A DNA stretch of 64,000 nt from Thermoplasmata archaeon (lineage in GTDB: Archaea > Thermoplasmatota > Thermoplasmata > Lutacidiplasmatales > UBA184), in contig JAKIWG010000006.1 in the NCBI GenBank assembly GCA_022750155.1, positions 14,339 through 78,338 on the forward strand. Reading direction: 5' to 3'. The notes under the pieces are model-generated. The model was given only the letters and a program-made list of their open reading frames with translations. It did no database searches and was not told the DNA's origin. A program made the position numbers and the translations under genes. Of this stretch, positions 1 through 8,874 are shown in pieces (positions within the stretch are counted from its first letter, which is position 1; each line of letters begins with the position of its first letter).

Positions 1-2
1 GA

Positions 3-725
3 CGCCCGCTACGGCTCGGCCCGTTTCCCTCCGCGCGCGGCGCGCTCAAGTTCGTCACCTACGCGGCCGTCGGGGGGGTCGTGGCGACCCTGCTCGGGCC
101 GCTCGCATGGGTTCCGTTCGTCGCGGGAGGGTTCGTGTTCGGCTCGTACCAGCCCGAGGGTCGGGCCCTCGACCGAAGGTTCGCCGATTATTGCCGATGG
201 CAGTGGCGCTCCCGGGGCGCAGGGGCTCCGCCGCCGGAGGCTCAGGTCCGCGGCGGGACGATCCGGGTCGCCGGGGGGCGATTCCTGGCGGTCCTCGCCA
301 CGGGGGGCGTCCCGGTCGCGTTTCTTCCCCCGGACGACGCGCGCCGGCGGTTCGAGCACTACCGTGCGATCCTGCGCTCGGTGGACGAGGGGCTCTTCCT
401 CCGCGTGGGGGTCGAACCCCTCTCGCACCACCCGTTCCTGGGTCGGCGGGCCGCAGGATCGACCCCGGCCGAGGGGGCCGCGTTCGCCGGCTACGACGAG
501 CTCGTGCGGCTGCTCTGCCGGCGGCGATCCATCCGACGCGTGGATGTCTACCTGTTCGGCCGGTCCCACGCGCCGACGGCCCTGCCGAAGCTCGAGGCCC
601 AGGTCTCGGCGGTCCGAAAGGGACTGGAGGAGATGGGGGTCGTCGCCCGAAGGCTTCGGGGGCGCGAGCTCTCCCACGCCGTCGCACGGGGCGGATTCCA
701 CCCGGTGCTCGAGGGGCCGAAGTGA
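3..725 (+). CDS. PrgI/VirB3-like membrane protein, 5' truncated by the window edge
   Basis: Frame is open from position 3 (RPLRLGPFPSARGALKFVTYAAVGG...). Two TM segments, then a soluble domain. First gene of an overlapping trio ending in a VirB4-like ATPase. Family call rests mainly on context. Confidence 0.55.
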   Translation, partial: RPLRLGPFPSARGALKFVTYAAVGGVVATLLGPLAWVPFVAGGFVFGSYQPEGRALDRRFADYCRWQWRSRGAGAPPPEAQVRGGTIRVAGGRFLAVLATGGVPVAFLPPDDARRRFEHYRAILRSVDEGLFLRVGVEPLSHHPFLGRRAAGSTPAEGAAFAGYDELVRLLCRRRSIRRVDVYLFGRSHAPTALPKLEAQVSAVRKGLEEMGVVARRLRGRELSHAVARGGFHPVLEGPK

Positions 726-1075
726 CCGCGACCCGCACGTTCTCGGCGGAGGTCGAGCCGCTCACGACGAGCGCGGGGTTTGCCGTGCTCGCCGGGTTCC
801 TCTCGACCGTCGACCCGTACTTCACCGGGCTCGCCCTGGTGCTGGCGGCGTTCACCGCGAGCCTGTGGGTCGCGCGCGTCGTGCCGGCGGGAGGGGGACG
901 CGGTTCCCTCCGCCGGAATCCGACCCTGGCGGCCGGCGTCGGCCTCCTCCTCGTCACCTGGGGGTCGGTCCTGGGCGAGGCCCGGTGGATCGCCGGGTGG
1001 GCGGGCCTCTGCCTCGGCGCATCGAGCGGCCTCCTCTGGTGGGCCGCCCGTCGGCTCCCCCCGGGGTCGCGATGA
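722..1075 (+). CDS. Small multi-pass membrane protein
   Basis: GTG at 722 overlaps the upstream TGA (GTGA); about 4 hydrophobic segments; stop overlaps the next ATG (ATGA at 1072-1075). Confidence 0.75.
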   Translation: MTATRTFSAEVEPLTTSAGFAVLAGFLSTVDPYFTGLALVLAAFTASLWVARVVPAGGGRGSLRRNPTLAAGVGLLLVTWGSVLGEARWIAGWAGLCLGASSGLLWWAARRLPPGSR

Positions 1076-2769
1076 CCACCCGGTCCCGGAAGGGGGAAGT
1101 CGTGGAGGAGGGGGCGGGATGGCTCCGCCGGGGCGCCCGGTTCGACGCCCCGCTGCTGGTCCAGACGCTGCCGAGCGAGGTCCCCTTCGGGTTCCTCGGC
1201 CGGGCTCTCCCCACATCCGCTCCCCTCGAGCTTCGGATGCAACTCCACCGGATCGATGCCCACGCGGCCATCGAGATGCTCCACTCGGCCCACGCCGTCG
1301 CCGAGGCGGAGCTCGCGACCGGCGAGGGAGCGAGCGGTCGAAGGCCCCCGCAACTCGCCCGCGAATCCGAGAGCGCCGAGGAGCTCGGGCGGCGCGTGGC
1401 GGCCCGCGAGCAGGAGCTCTGGCGGGTGGGGATCGGCCTGCATGCCCTCGGGCAGCAGCGCCGCCGGGCGGAAAGATTCCGCTCCGAACTGGCCCGTCGG
1501 CTGTCGGTGCTCGGGTTCCGGACCCGGGTCCCGGAGTACGAGAGCGCCTCGGCGCTCGCCCCTCCCGACCTTACCGGCCAGGAGGCCCGGCCCTCGGGGT
1601 ACTGGCACACGCTCCATACCGATGGGGTCGCCGCGTTCTTCCCGTTCGTCGACGAGACGATCGCCGAACCCGGAGGGGTGCTCGTGGGCCTGCTCCTCGA
1701 GGACGCGTCGCCGGTGTTCCTCGACCGCTGGAGGCACGCGAGCCATTCGTGGGGGATCTTCGGGACGACCGGATCCGGAAAGTCGTTCGCCACCGCGCTC
1801 ACGGTCACCCGCAGCCGATGGCTCCGGCCCGAGCTCGAGGTGTTCATCCTCGACCCCCTGGGGGAGTTCGGGGGGTTCGCGAGGGCGCTCGGAGGGAGCG
1901 TGCTCACGGTCGGAGCCGGGAGCGACGTCCGATGGAACCCGCTCGATCCGGCCAGCACGGGGGGGGACCGGGCCGAGAAGGCCGCCCGGGTCGGGGCGCT
2001 CCTGCGGACGCTCTTCCCGAGCCTCGCCGACGAGGAGGTCGCGGCCCTCGATGGGGCGGTGAGCCGGCTGTTCCGTTCCGGGCCGGAGGTGCCCGTGCTC
2101 TCGGACCTCGCCCGGGCCCTGAAGGAGGGGGGCTCCCCCCCCGACCGGCTTCTCGGCCTGTTCGACATCTTCACCGACGGTTCGCTGAGCTACCTGGACG
2201 GTCCCACCACGGCGAGCTGGGGTCGCTCGCCGGTCAGCATCGACCTCTCCGGGGTCTCCGACGCCCACCGTCCGTTCCACCTGGCGTACCTGTTCGATGC
2301 GGTCTACGGACGCATCCGCGCTACGAACGGACCGAAGCTGCTCGTCGTCGACGAGGCCCACCTGCTGGCCGCCCATCCGGCGACCTCGGCCTACTTCGAC
2401 CGGCTCGTCCGGCACGTTCGTCATTTCGGTGCGGGAGTGGTGGTCCTGAGCCAGAATCCGGACGACTTCCTCTCCCACGAATCCGGTCGCTCCCTGCTGA
2501 GGAACCTCCGGGCGACGGTGCTCCTGAGGCTCCCGCACGTCTCCCCGGAATGCCGCGAGTTCTTCGGGCTGACCGACGCGGAATCCGAGTGGCTCCCCCG
2601 GGCGCGGCTCCCGAGGGAGGCCGGCTACTCCGAAGGGCTGCTCCGGTTCGGGGAGGCCCACCTGCCGATCGCGCTCGTCGCGTCGACGCCCGAGTACGAG
2701 TTCCTCACCCGCGCCCTCGGATCCCCCTCCCCCGTTCCCGCGGCGCCCGTCGACCCCGGGGGCCGATAG
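1072..2769 (+). CDS. VirB4/HerA-like P-loop ATPase
   Basis: Walker A GTTGSGKS, ILDPxGE motif, Walker B LLVVDEAH, RHFGAG..SQNPDDF (conserved R and SQ motifs of VirB4/HerA). Confidence 0.85.
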   Translation: MTTRSRKGEVVEEGAGWLRRGARFDAPLLVQTLPSEVPFGFLGRALPTSAPLELRMQLHRIDAHAAIEMLHSAHAVAEAELATGEGASGRRPPQLARESESAEELGRRVAAREQELWRVGIGLHALGQQRRRAERFRSELARRLSVLGFRTRVPEYESASALAPPDLTGQEARPSGYWHTLHTDGVAAFFPFVDETIAEPGGVLVGLLLEDASPVFLDRWRHASHSWGIFGTTGSGKSFATALTVTRSRWLRPELEVFILDPLGEFGGFARALGGSVLTVGAGSDVRWNPLDPASTGGDRAEKAARVGALLRTLFPSLADEEVAALDGAVSRLFRSGPEVPVLSDLARALKEGGSPPDRLLGLFDIFTDGSLSYLDGPTTASWGRSPVSIDLSGVSDAHRPFHLAYLFDAVYGRIRATNGPKLLVVDEAHLLAAHPATSAYFDRLVRHVRHFGAGVVVLSQNPDDFLSHESGRSLLRNLRATVLLRLPHVSPECREFFGLTDAESEWLPRARLPREAGYSEGLLRFGEAHLPIALVASTPEYEFLTRALGSPSPVPAAPVDPGGR

Positions 2770-2821
2770 GATTTCGCTTCGAGCGTCTCCCTATATACGG
2801 GCCGAGCGCCGACTCGCCCCC

Positions 2822-3391
2822 GTGCCGCAGGACGAGGCGTCGGCCGACCGGCCTCCCCGACGCCGCGAATCCTGGAGCCTGACGACCCTTGTCGAGGAGG
2901 TCGCCGGGCGGCCGATCACCGAATTCCAGGAACCGGGACGCCCGGTCCATCCCTACATCCAGGTGAAGTTCCCCCCGAACGCGCCGGCCCGGTCGGCACG
3001 CCCCGGCTCTTCCCCGGGGTCCGGGTACGACGCCCCGTCCCCGGTGCCGGAGGAGGAAGAGGGAGGCCCGGTCGGCCGCGTATTCCCGCCGCTCACCGGC
3101 GCCACCGGTCGCGCCTTGCACGGCCCCGACCAGGAGCACCATGCGCCCACGTTGCGCTCGGTGACCTCTGGCTCGGGGAACGGTGGTCCGGGCGCCCCCT
3201 CGCACCCCCCGGGCCCCTCCCGACGGCCCGAGCGGATCTACCTTCACTACCTGCTGCTCCACCTCGACCGGTTGAGCGGCCCGGCGCTGAGGTACCTCAA
3301 GCTCGCCGTCGACGAGGAGGTCTCGCATCGGGACGCGCCGCCGGAGGCCACCCCGCCGACCGAGACATCGTCTCCTCCCGAACGCGCCTGA
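2822..3391 (+). CDS. Hypothetical Pro-rich protein with a helical C-terminal motif
   Basis: TATA-like CTATATA at about 2791; low-complexity centre; ordered C-terminus ERIYLHYLLLHLDRLS. Confidence 0.65.
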   Translation: MPQDEASADRPPRRRESWSLTTLVEEVAGRPITEFQEPGRPVHPYIQVKFPPNAPARSARPGSSPGSGYDAPSPVPEEEEGGPVGRVFPPLTGATGRALHGPDQEHHAPTLRSVTSGSGNGGPGAPSHPPGPSRRPERIYLHYLLLHLDRLSGPALRYLKLAVDEEVSHRDAPPEATPPTETSSPPERA

Positions 3392-4121
3392 GCTCGGCGG
3401 CCCGTCCCGGGTCGAGCTCCACCCCGATCGCGTTCCGCCCGAGGCGCGTGGCGGCCCACAGGGTCGTGCCGGAACCCGCGAACGGGTCGAGCACCGTGTC
3501 CCCGGCCACCGAGAACATCCGGATCAATCGCTCGGGGATCTCCGGCGGGAACGCCCCAGAGCGGCCGTCGGCGGAACGCTGGGGGATCCCCCGGATGTCC
3601 CCCCACACCTGCGAGAACCAGCGGTCCCGTTCCGCCTTGGTGAACCGGCTATCGTAGCGTCCCGGATCTCCCCGGGGGAAGCGGCGGTTGCGCCCGCGTC
3701 GGAACAGCAGGATGAACTCGCAGTCGAGGGTCACGTACGCGTTCGGGGGCAGGAAACCCGATCCGAGGAAGGCGTTCGGCCGGTTCGTCGGTTTCTTCCA
3801 GAGAACGTACGGGAGCGCTCGGAACCCCGCCGCCCGGCACGCGAGGGTCGCCTGCGCGTGATTCGGCCAGAGTTGGAACTCTCCGTCGGAGGAGCGAAGG
3901 GCGTCTCCGATGTTCAGGGCGAAGATACCCCCCTCGATCAGGACCCGGTGGCACTCCTTCCATGCCCGGCCCAGGAGCGAATGCATCGCCTCGTAGGAAT
4001 GGGCCCCCTGCTCGGCGAACTGCCGGTCCCATTGGGGAATCATCGGGTACGGGGGAGAGGTGACGACCAGCGCGACGGTGCCGTCGGCGACCGATCCCAG
4101 GTGTTCGGCCGACCCCTCCAC
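3297..4121 (-). CDS. Orphan beta-class N4-cytosine/N6-adenine DNA methyltransferase
   Basis: Catalytic VTSPPY precedes AFPPEIPERLI and SAM-binding VLDPFAGSGTT..GVEL; no adjacent endonuclease; true start may lie slightly upstream. Confidence 0.9.
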   Translation of the reverse strand: MEGSAEHLGSVADGTVALVVTSPPYPMIPQWDRQFAEQGAHSYEAMHSLLGRAWKECHRVLIEGGIFALNIGDALRSSDGEFQLWPNHAQATLACRAAGFRALPYVLWKKPTNRPNAFLGSGFLPPNAYVTLDCEFILLFRRGRNRRFPRGDPGRYDSRFTKAERDRWFSQVWGDIRGIPQRSADGRSGAFPPEIPERLIRMFSVAGDTVLDPFAGSGTTLWAATRLGRNAIGVELDPGRAAELRRVREETMSRSAGWPPAARPDARPPRRRRA

Positions 4122-4210
4122 GATCTCGATGGATGGCCGGGCGAGCGTGGTCGTCGCCTCGGGGTCGCGAAGCGGTCGAGGGTTAATAGTCTGGGCCGCT
4201 CGACCGCCGC

Positions 4211-5515
4211 ATGCGGCTCGACCGGCCGGTCCTGCAGGTCGCGCTCGACTTTGAGAACCTCTCCCGGGCCCTGCCCGCCGCCCGGGAGGCGGTCGAGGGC
4301 GGGGCCGACTGGGTCGAGGCCGGGACCCCGCTCATCAAGAGCGAGGGACTGGACGCGGTCCGACAGCTGAAGAAGGCGTTCCCGGGCCACCGGATCGTCG
4401 CCGACATGAAGGTGATGGACACCGGGGCGTTCGAGGTCGAGATCGCGGCCAAGGCCGGGGCCGATATCGTCACGGTCCTGGGGACGGCGGACGACGACAC
4501 GATCGCCGACGCGGTCCGAGGCGGCGAGAAGTACGGCGCGGAGGTCGTCGTCGACCTGCTGAACGTCGCGGACCCGTTGGCCCGAGCGAAGCGGGTCGCC
4601 GAGCTCGGGGCGGCCGCGGTCTATTGGCACATCGGGATCGACATGCAGATGGCGGGGAAGACCCCGTTCGAGGTCCTCGCCCACCTGGCCCAAGGTTCTC
4701 CCATCCCCATCGGGGTCGCGGGGGGTCTCAACAGCGAGAGCGTCGCGGCCGCGGCCCGGGCGGGCGCGCGGATCCTGATCGTCGGGGGCGCCATCACCAA
4801 GAGCGCCCAGATCACCGAGGCGACGCGACGGATCCGCTCGGCGATCGACTCCGAGAAGGAGGTCGCCACGGAACTGTTCCGGCGCTACTCGGGAGCGGAC
4901 GTCCGGGCCGCTTTCCTCAAGGTCTCCACTCCGAACCTCTCGGACGCGATGCAGCGTCAGGGCGCACTCCACGGCCTCGCCCCCCACCTGAAGGACCCGA
5001 GCGTCCGGATCGCCGGACCGGCCGTGACCGTGGTCACCCGGGACGGGGACTGGGCGAAACCGGTGGAGGCCATCGACCGGGCGGGGCCCGGCGACGTCCT
5101 CGTGGTGGACGCCGGGAGCGGGCAGACCGCGGTCTGGGGCGAGCTCGCCAGCTGGAGCGCCCACGGCCGCAAGCTCTGCGGGGTCGTGATCGACGGGGCC
5201 GCGCGGGATATCGACGCGATCCTGGAGCTGGGTTTCCCGGTGTTCAGCCGCTATGTCTCGCCCAACGCCGGCGAGCCGAAGGGGCTCGGGGAGATCGGGG
5301 TGGATGTGGTCGTGGGAGGCCAGAGGGTCCGACCCGGTGACTGGATCGTCGGGGACCTCAGCGGGCTCGTCGTCGTGCCCCGGGAGCGGGCCTCGGAGAT
5401 CGCGAACCGAGCGCTCGATGTCCTCGAGCACGAGAATCGCGTCCGCGAAGAGATCCAGCGAGGGTCCACCCTGTCGGCCGTTCAGAAGCTCGAGCGGTGG
5501 GAACGGGTCGGCTGA
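4211..5515 (+). CDS. hxlA: 3-hexulose-6-phosphate synthase fused to an RraA/HMG-aldolase-like domain
   Basis: LQVALD, EAGTPLIKSEG, ADMKVMDTG, VAGGL (HPS barrel); C-terminal STPNLSDAM, AVWGELA, DGAARD, GDWIVGD (RraA-like). Confidence 0.93.
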   Translation: MRLDRPVLQVALDFENLSRALPAAREAVEGGADWVEAGTPLIKSEGLDAVRQLKKAFPGHRIVADMKVMDTGAFEVEIAAKAGADIVTVLGTADDDTIADAVRGGEKYGAEVVVDLLNVADPLARAKRVAELGAAAVYWHIGIDMQMAGKTPFEVLAHLAQGSPIPIGVAGGLNSESVAAAARAGARILIVGGAITKSAQITEATRRIRSAIDSEKEVATELFRRYSGADVRAAFLKVSTPNLSDAMQRQGALHGLAPHLKDPSVRIAGPAVTVVTRDGDWAKPVEAIDRAGPGDVLVVDAGSGQTAVWGELASWSAHGRKLCGVVIDGAARDIDAILELGFPVFSRYVSPNAGEPKGLGEIGVDVVVGGQRVRPGDWIVGDLSGLVVVPRERASEIANRALDVLEHENRVREEIQRGSTLSAVQKLERWERVG

Positions 5516-5640
5516 CCGGCTTAGCCCGTCGTCGAGGCCTCGCCCTCGTCGGCGGAGCATCCCGCGCGATCGGAAAGGACCCCCACCTTTCCCCCCCCTC
5601 GGGAAACCCCTATAGGTCCGCGGTCCCAACGGAGACTTGC

Positions 5641-5715
5641 GCTCCCGTAGTCTAGTCCGGTCAAGGATATCGGGCCTTCGACCCGACAACGTGGGTTCGA
5701 ATCCCGCCGGGAGCA
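5641..5715 (+). tRNA. tRNA-Glu (TTC)
   Basis: Acceptor GCTCCCG/CGGGAGC plus discriminator A; anticodon stem TCGGG/CCCGA, loop CC-TTC-GA; T-loop TTCGAAT; no encoded CCA. Confidence 0.92.
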
Positions 5716-6059
5716 CTCCTACTCCCAGGCGACCCGACCAACCCCGAGAAGAGTCCGTGCTCATTGAAGGGATCCTACGGGCGGTCAACGGCGTCGTCTT
5801 GGTAGTCGTCTCAGTGCAGCACTTCCGGGCGACCAAGGAGTAACTGAGCCACCGAACGGTCAAGCCGTAACCGAGGGAGGTCGGGTCCGCGAGTTCTCGG
5901 GGGTAGGTCATCGACCAATATCTCGTCGATGTTCTGGCCTTCCGGAGGGGTTCCTCCAGGCCGTTCGATGACAACGAATAAGCCCCGGGGCTCTCTCGCG
6001 CTCTCCACTCCGGTTGGAAGGTCAGAGACCCAACCGGGGGCGATGACTGGGTAGGTCCC

Positions 6060-7202
6060 GTGGCGTCCTCCCGTACTCGGAATCGTCGCGCATCTCGCTG
6101 GTGGCGGACGCTCGCCTCCTGGCCGGGACGGAACTCCCGACGCCCGAGCAGGGTGCGCGTCGAGGCCGGCCGGCTGGCCCAGGTCCTCCTGGGACTGTTC
6201 TCGATCGGGTTCGCCATCGTCGTCCTCGCTGGCCCGCAGCTCTCCCTGACGGGTCTGCTGTACCTCCTCGGGGAAGCCGTAGCGGTACTCTCCGCCCAAA
6301 CGGTCCTCGCCGGGGGCCGGCTCCTCACGAAGGCCGGGGAACGATCCTGGTGGAGATTGATCCGATCGTGGGGGATTGTGGGAGTGGGGGTGATCGCCGT
6401 CGCGTTGAGCGTCTTTGCGATCCTCGACCCCACGCTCGAAGCCACGGCCGTCGTGTTTGTCCTGGCCCTGGCGGTGATCTCCCAGGGCTTGGGAAGGGCC
6501 ATGCAATCCACGGGTGTGACCCTCCCTCGGTGGCTGCGCGGGTCGACCCTCGCCACCGGGGTCTTCAGTGTCGTGCTCGTCGTCGCCTCGGTCGCGTTCT
6601 ACGGGTTCGCGCTCACGAGCTTCGCAATCCTCGTGGGCGTCATCCTGCTCATCAGCGGGATCGAGACGGTCGTCGCGGGGGTACATCCGACCGACCCGCG
6701 CCAGTTCGTGCTCCTCAAGCTGATCCTCTTCTCCTCGTTCTACGGCCTCGTCCTGATCAACTGGATCGACCTGCCGGACAACAAGGTCGTCCCGGCGTAT
6801 GGGCTCTGGTTGATCCTGACGTACATGGCGCCGTTTGGGGTGTTGATCGTCTTCCAGGGGCTGGAGGCGTGGCCGCTCGCCACCAGTCTCGGCCTGCTGG
6901 TCTCGCTGAACAACGACCTGGGCTACTTCTTCATCGGGAATCTGATCTTCGGGACCCACGTCCCCCTGGCCCCATGGATCGCCGGGCAATTGGGCTTCGA
7001 AGGTTCACAAGTCGTGACGGTCTTCGACGGCGGGTTCTTCACCCTCAACGTGACGTCATGGATGATGGGCCTGTCCATCTACGCCAGGGTCGCCGTAGTC
7101 GCCGCCATCCTCTACCACTGGTGGCGACACCCGGGTGAGATCGTGGCGCGGGCGGCTCTCCCCCTGGAGGGCTCTGTGGCGGTGGTCGGAGAAGAGGGGT
7201 GA
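6060..7202 (+). CDS. Polytopic membrane protein (HdeD/DUF308-like N-half)
   Basis: About 10 hydrophobic segments with LVGVILLISGI-type motifs; start uncertain. Confidence 0.75.
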   Translation: MASSRTRNRRASRWWRTLASWPGRNSRRPSRVRVEAGRLAQVLLGLFSIGFAIVVLAGPQLSLTGLLYLLGEAVAVLSAQTVLAGGRLLTKAGERSWWRLIRSWGIVGVGVIAVALSVFAILDPTLEATAVVFVLALAVISQGLGRAMQSTGVTLPRWLRGSTLATGVFSVVLVVASVAFYGFALTSFAILVGVILLISGIETVVAGVHPTDPRQFVLLKLILFSSFYGLVLINWIDLPDNKVVPAYGLWLILTYMAPFGVLIVFQGLEAWPLATSLGLLVSLNNDLGYFFIGNLIFGTHVPLAPWIAGQLGFEGSQVVTVFDGGFFTLNVTSWMMGLSIYARVAVVAAILYHWWRHPGEIVARAALPLEGSVAVVGEEG

Positions 7203-7260
7203 CGCCATCGGGTACAGACGTCAGGCGGGGAGAGTCCGGGTCGCTTCGAATGGTAGCGAA

Positions 7261-7306
7261 TGGGTTCGCTCCCCTAAGAAATGGGTCTACATCCCGCCGG
7301 GAGCAT
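7261..7306 (+). repeat. Imperfect direct repeat derived from the tRNA-Glu 3' end, copy 1
   Basis: TGGGTTCGctcccctaagaaatgggtctacATCCCGCCGGGAGCAT; both ends match the T-arm and acceptor stem at 5692-5715. Confidence 0.8.
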
Positions 7307-7413
7307 TGACCGAACCCGCAGGAAACTCACGGCGACCGTCCCCGACCGTGCGTCCATCTCCCGCGTCCGGCGGCGTCGATGGGCTCAAATATCCAGTTTA
7401 CGTTTAAACGCAC

Positions 7414-7626
7414 ATGGTCGTTCGGACGATCACCGTGACGGACGAAGCCTATCGCCGACTTCGGGCCCACAAGGGAGACGCCGAGAGCTTCTCGGATGTG
7501 GTCCTCCGACTGACCCGACGGAAGCCCCTTTCCGATTTCGCCGGTGTCCTGAGCCACGAAACGGCTTCCGCGCTGAGAGCTGCCGTGGTCGAGGATCGAG
7601 CGGAACGTCGACGACTGGACCGGTAG
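7414..7626 (+). CDS. vapB: VapB-type antitoxin (archaeal RHH-like)
   Basis: RTITVTDEAYRRL..K...ESFSDVVLRL...LSDFAG; TTTAAA box at about 7403; directly upstream of a PIN gene. Confidence 0.88.
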   Translation: MVVRTITVTDEAYRRLRAHKGDAESFSDVVLRLTRRKPLSDFAGVLSHETASALRAAVVEDRAERRRLDR

Positions 7627-7627
7627 G

Positions 7628-8044
7628 ATGCTGCTCGACGCGAGCTTCCTGATCGATCTGATGGAAGGCCAGCCCGAGGCCGTCGCGCTGGCGGCCGCGA
7701 TCGATTCGGAAGGTGCTCGGCTTCGACTGCCCACCCCGGTACTCTTTGAGCTGTGGGTGGGCGCGTCACGGGTCGGGGGACGGACAAGCGACCGCGAACA
7801 GCTCGAACTTCTCGAGACCTCCTATGAGGCCGTGGAGCTCGCTGCCGCCGATGCCCGGTCGGCCGGGACCCTCCAGGCGACCCTCCGTCGAGCGGGACGC
7901 GCGCTCGGGACGGTGGACGCCCAGCTCGCGGGAATGGCCCTCGCTCGTTCGGAGGAGCTGGTCACCGGCGACGAACTCATCATGGGCATCGGACACGGCG
8001 TTCCCGTCCGCGCATATCGGAGGAAGAAGTCGGGCGGAACCTGA
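7628..8044 (+). CDS. vapC: PIN-domain toxin
   Basis: LLDASFLIDL, PVLFELWVG, DAQLAGMAL, LVTGD PIN motifs. Confidence 0.9.
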   Translation: MLLDASFLIDLMEGQPEAVALAAAIDSEGARLRLPTPVLFELWVGASRVGGRTSDREQLELLETSYEAVELAAADARSAGTLQATLRRAGRALGTVDAQLAGMALARSEELVTGDELIMGIGHGVPVRAYRRKKSGGT

Positions 8045-8130
8045 TCCTTGGCGGGGGGCCCCCCGGGAGCGATCTCCCTCTCCGCGCGCCGCCCGCATAG
8101 GGTCCGAAGTGCCGCCGCCGAGCGGGTCGT

Positions 8131-8176
8131 TGGGTTCGCATCCATCAGAAATGGGTAGGCCTCCCGCCGGGAGCAT
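8131..8176 (+). repeat. Imperfect direct repeat derived from the tRNA-Glu 3' end, copy 2
   Basis: TGGGTTCGcatccatcagaaatgggtaggccTCCCGCCGGGAGCAT; aligns without gaps to copy 1. Confidence 0.8.
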
Positions 8177-8352
8177 CCCCCTCGATTTGTCCTGACGAGA
8201 TCCACTGGTCCGAACGGTGGCCAGAGATCGCGGTTTACGGGGGCGGGGAGCGGCGAGGCTGGGAACCTTCGAATCCGGAATCCGGGAGGGCGATCAATCG
8301 GATGCGGGCTGCCGAGCCCCCACGGGCAGGGACGACGCGCGGGTGGCGCCGA

Positions 8353-8553
8353 CTACTCCTTCCTGAAGACCTCGGCCTCGGCGAGCCGAAACGCGGTGAG
8401 CCGCTGGTTCTCGTCCCGTTCCACGAATGGGTAGAACGACCTGGGGTCCTTACCTCCGGCTTCGAGTCTCTGCTGCAGGACCTTCAACTGGGCCATGTAG
8501 CCGTCGAATGCTTCAACGAATTCGGCAAGCTTCTTCTGTCGATCCATCGGCAT
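8353..8553 (-). CDS. Small hypothetical helical protein
   Basis: MPMDRQKKLAEFVEAFDGYMAQLKVLQQRLE...; protein-like composition unlike the Arg/Pro/Gly shadow ORFs. Confidence 0.55.
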   Translation of the reverse strand: MPMDRQKKLAEFVEAFDGYMAQLKVLQQRLEAGGKDPRSFYPFVERDENQRLTAFRLAEAEVFRKE

Positions 8554-8874
8554 ACGGGCCGCTACGATTCGAGCGGCATGAATCTTTCCTCGCCCTCGTA
8601 ATGGCTGAAGTGGCTGGACCTGGCTCTTCCATCCGAACAGGTCGGGGAGGAGGACGTGCCGGAGGTACCTAGGAAGACCTTTGGCTCGTAAGGGACACGG
8701 TGCGCGACACTTCACCTACGTGCCGTCTCTCCTATGGCGGCACACGGAATCGGTGGTCCCGCGACCCCCGAGTGGGGGAATATGACCTGTTCCAAAGTGC
8801 CCGCCGGAGCGTCTCACCGTCCAAGGGGCGGTGCCAATCGATCGGTTCTTCCGACCCGGACCGGATCCCGCGGA

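Noticed and set aside
55-2882. Long alternative-frame ORFs (e.g. 55..2661 -, 780..2882 +) and many similar ones across the window
   Set aside because: Arg/Pro/Gly-rich shadow frames expected at high GC; they overlap genes with clear family motifs.
3297-3391. 95-bp convergent overlap of the methyltransferase and the hypothetical gene
   Set aside because: Most simply a non-conserved C-terminal run-on in GC-rich DNA.
4211-5515. HPS-RraA fusion as a novelty
   Set aside because: This fusion is already known in Euryarchaeota-related archaea.
4040-6556. 838-aa minus-strand ORF
   Set aside because: Antisense to hxlA and runs through the tRNA; no recognisable motifs.
7261-8176. The repeats as complete intron-containing tRNA genes
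   Set aside because: No 5' acceptor, D-arm or anticodon sequence upstream of either copy; kept only as att-like repeats.
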